Virus record (IMG/VR): IMGVR_UViG_3300026292_000602
Span: 17,968-81,967 of that record
Strand: one strand, 5' to 3'
Length of the DNA: 64,000 nt
Source: a virus
The position numbers and the translations under genes were made by a program. The notes under the pieces are model-generated. The model ran no database searches, was not told where the DNA came from, and was given only the letters and a program-made list of their open reading frames with translations. Below, in pieces: positions 57,926 to 64,000 of the stretch (the stretch's first letter is position 1; the number at the start of each line of letters is the position of its first letter).

Positions 57926-59364
57926 TACTCGTCCTCGTCATTGCCTAAGTTTTGTAAAAATGATCTTAACTTTGTGCTATCTGTTTCTGCTTGTATAGGT
58001 TTAACTGCTGAACCTATTCCAGGTTCTTTAGGTGTGTCTGGTTCTTTATCTTGTGTTACATTACTAGATCTTTTTAGTCCTGCTATAACACTTGAACCTG
58101 TTGATTGACTATAACTGTTATCTTCATCTTCTGCTAAATCTGTAATACGCAAACAGTCTATATCAAACTCTAAATCTATCTTTGCACCAACACCAGAACT
58201 ACTTCTAGTTTTCATAAGTTGTATTTGATATCTACCACGTTCACGCATAGCTCTACTTGTAAAGATACCTATAACATTATCAGCAGTTTGTATTTTACTT
58301 AAACCACCTGCTATATGACTGTGATCAAATTCTATTTCTTCTACACTAGCTCTGTTTAACTGTGAAGCAGTTACAAATATACATTGTAGTTCCATTGCCA
58401 AGTTACGTAGTTCTTCTGATACAAACTTATCTTTAACAAACAAATCACTTGGACTTACTTTTTTACTTAATGGCATCATTAAGTCTAAATAATCTATTAA
58501 CAATACATCAATCTTTTTATTGTTTTTAACTTCATACTCTTTAACAAAACTTCTAATATCGTTTGCAGTCTTACCACTTGGCATATATTTTATCTGCATA
58601 CCACCTGCTTTTTTACCTACAAGTTTAACTTTCATTTCAACTGTATCTAAATCTCTAAATATTTCTCTACTTGGTATATCAGTCATCATACTATCTATAC
58701 GCATAGCTACCAAGTTCTCACTTAATTCAAATGTTAGATATACAACGTTCATTCCGTTCAATGCCCAGTTGCAACCTAAGTTTGCTAAAAATAAACTCTT
58801 ACCTGCACCACTACCACCTGCAAATATATTAAGTTCACCTTTGTTAAATCCACCAAACAGTTTCTTATCTAAACTTTCCCAACCTGTACTTACTTGTCCA
58901 TTGTTATCTTTCAAACCCATAAGTCTACCTTTTGGATCTGCAAAGTAATCTATACCTAAGTCTTTTTGTAAACCTATTTGTACTGCTTCTTTAATTTTAG
59001 TTTCAACTGGACCATACTCACCTTTTTCAAGTAAGTCTGCACTTTCTAATATTGCACGTTCTAATGCTTTATGTCTACTAAATGTTTCAAAGTCGCTTAA
59101 CAACCAATCATAATGTTGTTCATTAAGTCCTTGTGGTACTTCTAATTTAACTTGAGTACAAGCACTATTAACAATCTTTTGTGTAGGTAATGTATTGTGT
59201 TCTTCAACAAAGTTTTTAATAAACTCCGCCGATGGTGCTAGTTTACGATCAAAATTCTGCGGATCAAAGACAGCTTGGCAACGCACAAAAGTTTGTGCAT
59301 CACTTAACATTATTTCCAAATAAGTTTTTTGGATATCGAATCCGTAATCAGTATTTTGCTTCAT
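57925..59364 (-). CDS. dnaB: Replicative DnaB/T4 gp41-like helicase
   Basis: STGW..LD, FAGGSGAGKS, LLIDYLDLM, TASQLNR, KTR. Confidence 0.93.
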   Translation of the reverse strand: MKQNTDYGFDIQKTYLEIMLSDAQTFVRCQAVFDPQNFDRKLAPSAEFIKNFVEEHNTLPTQKIVNSACTQVKLEVPQGLNEQHYDWLLSDFETFSRHKALERAILESADLLEKGEYGPVETKIKEAVQIGLQKDLGIDYFADPKGRLMGLKDNNGQVSTGWESLDKKLFGGFNKGELNIFAGGSGAGKSLFLANLGCNWALNGMNVVYLTFELSENLVAMRIDSMMTDIPSREIFRDLDTVEMKVKLVGKKAGGMQIKYMPSGKTANDIRSFVKEYEVKNNKKIDVLLIDYLDLMMPLSKKVSPSDLFVKDKFVSEELRNLAMELQCIFVTASQLNRASVEEIEFDHSHIAGGLSKIQTADNVIGIFTSRAMRERGRYQIQLMKTRSSSGVGAKIDLEFDIDCLRITDLAEDEDNSYSQSTGSSVIAGLKRSSNVTQDKEPDTPKEPGIGSAVKPIQAETDSTKLRSFLQNLGNDEDE

Positions 59365-60356
59365 GATTTATTATACCATATTTTTTCATTAAAGTCAATA
59401 TGTTTTTCTTTCAAAGCCAAAACAGCCCCAACACAACTTCCAGGATCACCTGGGTTCTTAGGAACATATATGTTGTTCCAATTTCTTTTAATTTGATTTA
59501 CTGCTACACTATTTAAAGCACAACCTCCTGTTAGTATTAAGTTACGACTTGGTAAGTTATTCAAGCACCATTTACTATTTGATTTAAGTATTATTTCAAA
59601 TACAAATTGAGTAGCATTTGCTAATCTTTTCATATCACCTTCTGTACTTAATTCAGGCTTATACCAATTTGCGCCTTTATGTAAATTGTGTTTAAACTTA
59701 ACTCCAGGTTTAGTTCCATTTACAGGACCTTTAAGAAACGTTGCAACCATATCATTAATTAGATGTAAGTTTTCTGCTGACTCAATATCTCTACCACCTG
59801 GTTCAACTTGATACTCATCTCTGTTTGCTTTTAGTCCCATACGTTGCGTCATAGCACTATAAAATAATCCAACACTATGCGGATAACCTTGTGAGTATAT
59901 TTTCTTTAGCTTGTCGCCTTTACCTTGCCATATAGTAAACGTTTCGTATTCGCCAATTGAGTCTAAACACATTATAGTTGCATTACGAAATCCACTTGTA
60001 TAGTAACCATAGGCGGCGTGTGATTTATGATGCTTTACATACTTAATAGGTTGTTTGAATCCCCATTTAGCTAGATACTCTTTAATATTATTTTCTTTAA
60101 ACAACCAACCTTGTCCTGCTTGTAGTTGTCTTAAACTTTTCAAGAAAGGTTTTTCGTACCAAACAATTTCATCTGGGTAAGGGCAATTTGCTTCTATAAA
60201 TTTAAGCATTGGTTTGTTCAAATGTGCATCGTTCTCAATGCCACTAAAGTCCTTAGACATTCCTGCCCAATCACACGTTAGCTTACCGTATCTGTCTTCT
60301 TCAAATACTGCCACACTTGCATCATGACTGTTACCTACTATACCCCAAGTTATCAC
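59361..60356 (-). CDS. Carbamoyltransferase (NodU/CmcH) N-terminal Kae1-like domain only
   Basis: SHDASV, HHKSHAA, LDSIGE, HSVGLFYS, GGCALN, PGDPGSCVGA; ends at 331 aa. Confidence 0.8.
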   Translation of the reverse strand: MITWGIVGNSHDASVAVFEEDRYGKLTCDWAGMSKDFSGIENDAHLNKPMLKFIEANCPYPDEIVWYEKPFLKSLRQLQAGQGWLFKENNIKEYLAKWGFKQPIKYVKHHKSHAAYGYYTSGFRNATIMCLDSIGEYETFTIWQGKGDKLKKIYSQGYPHSVGLFYSAMTQRMGLKANRDEYQVEPGGRDIESAENLHLINDMVATFLKGPVNGTKPGVKFKHNLHKGANWYKPELSTEGDMKRLANATQFVFEIILKSNSKWCLNNLPSRNLILTGGCALNSVAVNQIKRNWNNIYVPKNPGDPGSCVGAVLALKEKHIDFNEKIWYNKS

Positions 60357-60934
60357 TATCGTTTCTCCTCGATGCTATCTATAAGGCCAAACTCCTTTGC
60401 ATCTTCTGGGTTCATAAAGTTATCACGTTCCATTGCATCACAAATCTCTTCATAAGATTTACCTGTATGCTTTGCGTATATTTCGTTTAAACGTTTCTTT
60501 GTATCTATAATATCTTGTGCGTGTATTTCAATGTCAGTTGCTTGTCCACTAAATCCTGCACTAGGTTGGTGTATCATTATTTTACTATTAGGTAAACTAA
60601 TACGTTTGTTACCTGCCATTAGTAATAACGATCCTGCACTTGCGGCCAATCCAATACAAACAGTTGTTACATCACATTTAATATATTGCATAGTATCATA
60701 CATTGCCAAGCCTGCACTTACTAAACCACCTGGAGAATTAATATACATTGATATAGGTTTCTCTGGTGCTTCACTTTCTAAAAATAACAGTTGGGCACAT
60801 ACAGTACTAGCCATTGTCATATCAATTGGACCTGTTACAAAAACAATCCTATCTTTTAACAAACGACTATAAATGTCGTATGCTCTTTCTCCTTTGTTGG
60901 TAGACTCTACTACCATCGGTATTAAGTTGCTCAT
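60356..60934 (-). CDS. clpP: ATP-dependent Clp protease proteolytic subunit
   Basis: [29 protein letters not shown] (Ser), IMIHQP (His), MERDNFM (Asp). Confidence 0.97.
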   Translation of the reverse strand: MSNLIPMVVESTNKGERAYDIYSRLLKDRIVFVTGPIDMTMASTVCAQLLFLESEAPEKPISMYINSPGGLVSAGLAMYDTMQYIKCDVTTVCIGLAASAGSLLLMAGNKRISLPNSKIMIHQPSAGFSGQATDIEIHAQDIIDTKKRLNEIYAKHTGKSYEEICDAMERDNFMNPEDAKEFGLIDSIEEKR

Positions 60935-61170
60935 TATCTCTCCTTAAATTTTTTCCAGCTACTATGTAATACGTAAAACCAAACTCCATTTATCATCGGT
61001 TCTACCAACGCATCAATGGCCGCTAACTCTATACTTGCTCCTGTAATCATTGTTACACAGGCAATAGCAATTATAAAATGTCCTATTGTATACACAATGG
61101 CTAGAGATAAAGAAGAACTATATAGAATACTTTTTGTGGAATTATAAATTCCTCTAGTTAGTTCTGTCAT
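60934..61170 (-). CDS. DUF2061-like small membrane protein
   Basis: YTIGHFIIA...[17 protein letters not shown]. Confidence 0.7.
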   Translation of the reverse strand: MTELTRGIYNSTKSILYSSSLSLAIVYTIGHFIIAIACVTMITGASIELAAIDALVEPMINGVWFYVLHSSWKKFKER

Positions 61171-61808
61171 TGTACTGCTCCTTCCATTTGCATACCCATT
61201 ACATTAAAGCTCATACTAATTCTTGTTGTATCACTTTTGAAAGGATATACTGTGTGTTTAAGTCCGGCTTGAAACAATAAGAAGTCACCAGTCTTTGGTA
61301 TTATCTTATGTGTTCCGTTAGCCCCTACGACATCTGGTCCATACATAAATTCGATCTGTCCAGGACAGTTCATATTAGTATCTTTAGTATGTTCCTCGTT
61401 AGCTATAACTTCAGGAACGTCTATGTATACAACTGCACTCAACATTCCTGAATGACTGTGTATAGGATTAAATTCATGCTTTGTTTGAAAGTTAATCCAC
61501 GGTCCTGTACCTAAGTTAAAATTAACGTGGTCGTAATTTTTTTCAGCCATTGGAGTAATTAGATGACTGTTAAACCTTTCGTCTTCGAATTTCATAAAGT
61601 TTACAATATGTGGCGTTACCATTTCCATAAACCATTTTTGATCTTTTACTACTATGCCTAATTGTTCTTTTATATTACCTGCCAAATCGTACCCAACATT
61701 GTTACGTGCTATTCTTGTTTCTTCAGCAATCTCTTTCATAGACTTTATTTCGTCGTCTGACAGTCTACCATGATATATTGTTGGGCCGAATGGTCTTATG
61801 AATTTCAT
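61167..61808 (-). CDS. Putative Fe(II)/2OG oxygenase (TIGR02466-like)
   Basis: WINFQ..EFNPIHSH.G.LS.V.Y...GQIEF...PKTGDFLLF...LKHTVYPF...RISMSFN. Confidence 0.85.
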   Translation of the reverse strand: MKFIRPFGPTIYHGRLSDDEIKSMKEIAEETRIARNNVGYDLAGNIKEQLGIVVKDQKWFMEMVTPHIVNFMKFEDERFNSHLITPMAEKNYDHVNFNLGTGPWINFQTKHEFNPIHSHSGMLSAVVYIDVPEVIANEEHTKDTNMNCPGQIEFMYGPDVVGANGTHKIIPKTGDFLLFQAGLKHTVYPFKSDTTRISMSFNVMGMQMEGAVQ

Positions 61809-62044
61809 TAGTGCTTCGTAGGTCCTTTTAATTGTGTCTCGTTTCTAGACATAAAAATTGCATCCATGATGTCATCAAAGTCATCTGGACGTAAAGTTGC
61901 TTTATAAATTTTAATTGCCTGAGCACACATTACTCCTGCAATCTCTAAAGGATCATACATACCTTCTTTGTCTGTTAACAACTCGTTAACTTTAGACTCG
62001 ATAATTCTGTATGCTTCTTCAGTTCTATCTTTGTGTTCATCCAT
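61808..62044 (-). CDS. Hypothetical protein
   Basis: 78 aa, coupled to the downstream ORF. Confidence 0.6.
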   Translation of the reverse strand: MDEHKDRTEEAYRIIESKVNELLTDKEGMYDPLEIAGVMCAQAIKIYKATLRPDDFDDIMDAIFMSRNETQLKGPTKH

Positions 62045-62162
62045 ATTATATCCTATTTGTAAATAAATGGGTCCTTCTTTTGTAACTCTTTGATTCTCTT
62101 TTTGAACTTTCTACGTTCCTTCCAATTCTCAAAGAAGCCAATAAAATTACGCCATAGTTTTT

Positions 62163-63173
62163 TTAACCAAACCATTTTTTGCTCCTTAACTTAATTTTTA
62201 ATTCTGTATCTTCTGTACTTGAAACTATTGTGTGAAGTGTGTACATTCTGCCATACTTGATTACTGCGTCATTAACATCTTTAACGTCTTCGTCCCAATC
62301 TGGCATACTTACTGACCAACCTAATTCTATTGCTTGTTCCATTAGTTTATGTCCGTTATCATCACGATCCGGAACTAGTATTACTTTCTTATTTAACGCA
62401 TTGATGGCCAGGGCCTGTTGATCTTTGACTTCGCTACCTAATAGTGCAACACCGTCTACACCAATAGCATCAAATGGACCTTCTACAACAATAGTAAACA
62501 CTCTATTATAACTTTGTGAATCCATATTAAACACATAGCCAACTTGTTGTTCACTCATATACTTTGGACTACCTTGTCCTATTTTACGTGCGGTCCAACC
62601 TACAATTCTAGTTGTAGGATTATCCCAGTCCCTATGATAAAACGGAACAATCAATCTATCTTTATAACCTAGTTTAGGTGTCCAATGAAAATTATAATCG
62701 TCTATGAATAGCTGTCTAGTTTTCATATACTCTAATATTTTAATTAGATTATCATCTATCATACCAGGCATTATTTGAGTAATTGGAACTGCACCTTCTG
62801 GTAGTTCTTTGTCGACGAACTTTGGCAACTCTACTATTGTTTGTTTGAAACCTTGAGTTTCATTAAACTGTAAAACTGCCAAAGCCAATTTAGTAATTGT
62901 ATCGTCTGAAGCACCTAGCCATTGTAACAGTCTTTTCATCTTGCCAGATAGCTTACGGCCACTCTGCCAAGATGCCTTGAACCCGCAATTAAAACAATGA
63001 TAGCTTACACCATCGTTCATGTTGTTCTTTATTAATCCGCCACGTTGTCTTGAGTCTTGAGTAGTCCCATTATGGTGACAACACGGAGCATTAAACGAAG
63101 TCCAACCTGATGGCGTTGTTTTCCGTTTGCTGGGAAGATGTGAAAATACTGTATCAAAAACTAGACTACTCAT
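62163..63173 (-). CDS. DNA primase (T4 gp61-like)
   Basis: Zn-binding APCC...YHCFNCG; TOPRIM VVEGPFDA, PDRD, KDVNDA. Confidence 0.9.
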   Translation of the reverse strand: MSSLVFDTVFSHLPSKRKTTPSGWTSFNAPCCHHNGTTQDSRQRGGLIKNNMNDGVSYHCFNCGFKASWQSGRKLSGKMKRLLQWLGASDDTITKLALAVLQFNETQGFKQTIVELPKFVDKELPEGAVPITQIMPGMIDDNLIKILEYMKTRQLFIDDYNFHWTPKLGYKDRLIVPFYHRDWDNPTTRIVGWTARKIGQGSPKYMSEQQVGYVFNMDSQSYNRVFTIVVEGPFDAIGVDGVALLGSEVKDQQALAINALNKKVILVPDRDDNGHKLMEQAIELGWSVSMPDWDEDVKDVNDAVIKYGRMYTLHTIVSSTEDTELKIKLRSKKWFG

Positions 63174-63208
63174 AATACTATTATAGTATATTATGAGATA
63201 AAAGTCAA

Positions 63209-63997
63209 CTAGTTTCTTACCAGAACTTTATCTATTGTACCGTTTTTCTTTTCGTATTGGACACGTAAATGGTTATAAACACCGTTGAAGTTTATATACA
63301 TTGGAGTACTAGGATCGGACAAAGTTAGTGTTCCAATGTTGCCCCAATATGTACTTCCTGTTACTGCATTATCCAAAGTAGCTTGTATATGAACATCGCC
63401 AGTGAAGTCTGTTGAATATACTGCCGCAGTATGTAATGCTTCGTTACCATTTTTAGCCGGTTCGGCTGTGATTGTTTCACTTACATAGATATCTGTATCA
63501 ATACCTGTTTCAGTAAATGTTTTAATGTTGTATGTTTCAGCTGGACCAGGAAAAGCTTCACCTTCAACTTTAATAACACCTTTAGCACCGTAATGAGAAT
63601 TTGCGTATGTTAAAGTCTTGTCACCACTCGTCGCAACCAAGTAAACGTTGTAGCTACAAAATTGTTCTTTAATGTTTAAAAGATCGTTTTCAGTTACGTT
63701 AACTGTAAACTGTCCTTTATAACTAGGTGTTGATGTTTCTTTAATAGTTCCGTCACGTTCTACGATTAAGTTATTGTTTTCGTCGAACATAACAAACTTA
63801 GGCGTATAAGTGTTTAATATACTTATAGGCTTCTGGTCTGGGTTTTTAATCTCAAAGGTTAGAGTATTATCTATGCCTCTGTAGACTGTCATATTTCTTG
63901 TGTACACTGGTCTATACTCCGTTATGTTATTAGTCAGATCTGCTATCAGTACTGACTTATTGGTTGCTAAATATCGATATGTTAACTGCATATACAT
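63209..63997 (-). CDS. Hypothetical beta-rich probable virion structural protein
   Basis: VYRGIDNTLTFEIKNPDQKP (BppU-N-like) and a beta-sandwich-like C-terminus. Confidence 0.5.
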   Translation of the reverse strand: MYMQLTYRYLATNKSVLIADLTNNITEYRPVYTRNMTVYRGIDNTLTFEIKNPDQKPISILNTYTPKFVMFDENNNLIVERDGTIKETSTPSYKGQFTVNVTENDLLNIKEQFCSYNVYLVATSGDKTLTYANSHYGAKGVIKVEGEAFPGPAETYNIKTFTETGIDTDIYVSETITAEPAKNGNEALHTAAVYSTDFTGDVHIQATLDNAVTGSTYWGNIGTLTLSDPSTPMYINFNGVYNHLRVQYEKKNGTIDKVLVRN

Positions 63998-64000
63998 ATT

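Noticed and set aside
57925-59364. Intein or intron in the helicase or nrdA
   Set aside because: Lengths and motif spacing are normal, with no splicing or homing-endonuclease motifs in the visible parts.
1-64000. Stop-codon reassignment
   Set aside because: Conserved enzymes are intact in code 11, TAG and TGA end genes at expected positions, and no suppressor tRNA was seen.

Overview
This is a 64-kb segment of a large, AT-rich, T4-like (probably jumbo) marine dsDNA phage. The C4/Shemin 5-aminolevulinate synthase and the L7/L12 N-terminus point to an alphaproteobacterial host (inference). Layout: (1) 1-14 kb, minus strand: partial nrdA, a tail fibre/spike, an exonuclease, a NfuA-type protein flanked by Fe(II)/2OG oxygenases, and a late block of probable head-packaged proteins that includes a Pol-beta-type nucleotidyltransferase and an RNA-ligase-like protein next to three tRNAs. 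(2) 14-30 kb: accessory and metabolic genes (alkB, PiT-like transporter, outer-membrane barrel, SAM methyltransferase, hemA, ybaN, Fis-like, yqgE, hemD-like). (3) 30-48 kb: an early region of small plus-strand ORFs driven by about 19 sigma70-type promoters, with 3 more tRNAs and a repeat-rich, mostly non-coding core at 40.6-42.6 kb. (4) 48-64 kb: rplL, hemF-hemB, speD, a PMM-like HAD, helicase, carbamoyltransferase, clpP and primase. Most notable observations: a dispersed phage tetrapyrrole pathway (hemA, hemB, hemD-like, hemF); twin A-AAA-AAG slippery sites predicting three protein isoforms; a 5' leader of three modular hairpins with different stems but conserved loops and linkers; an AGG(G)C leader motif shared by early genes, with a 3'-UTR double hairpin whose loops are its complement; absence of ACGT and GTWAC across 13-16 kb of the early region; and an inverted pair of homologous non-coding elements 13 kb apart. 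All calls come from reading motifs by eye; no searches or computations were run.
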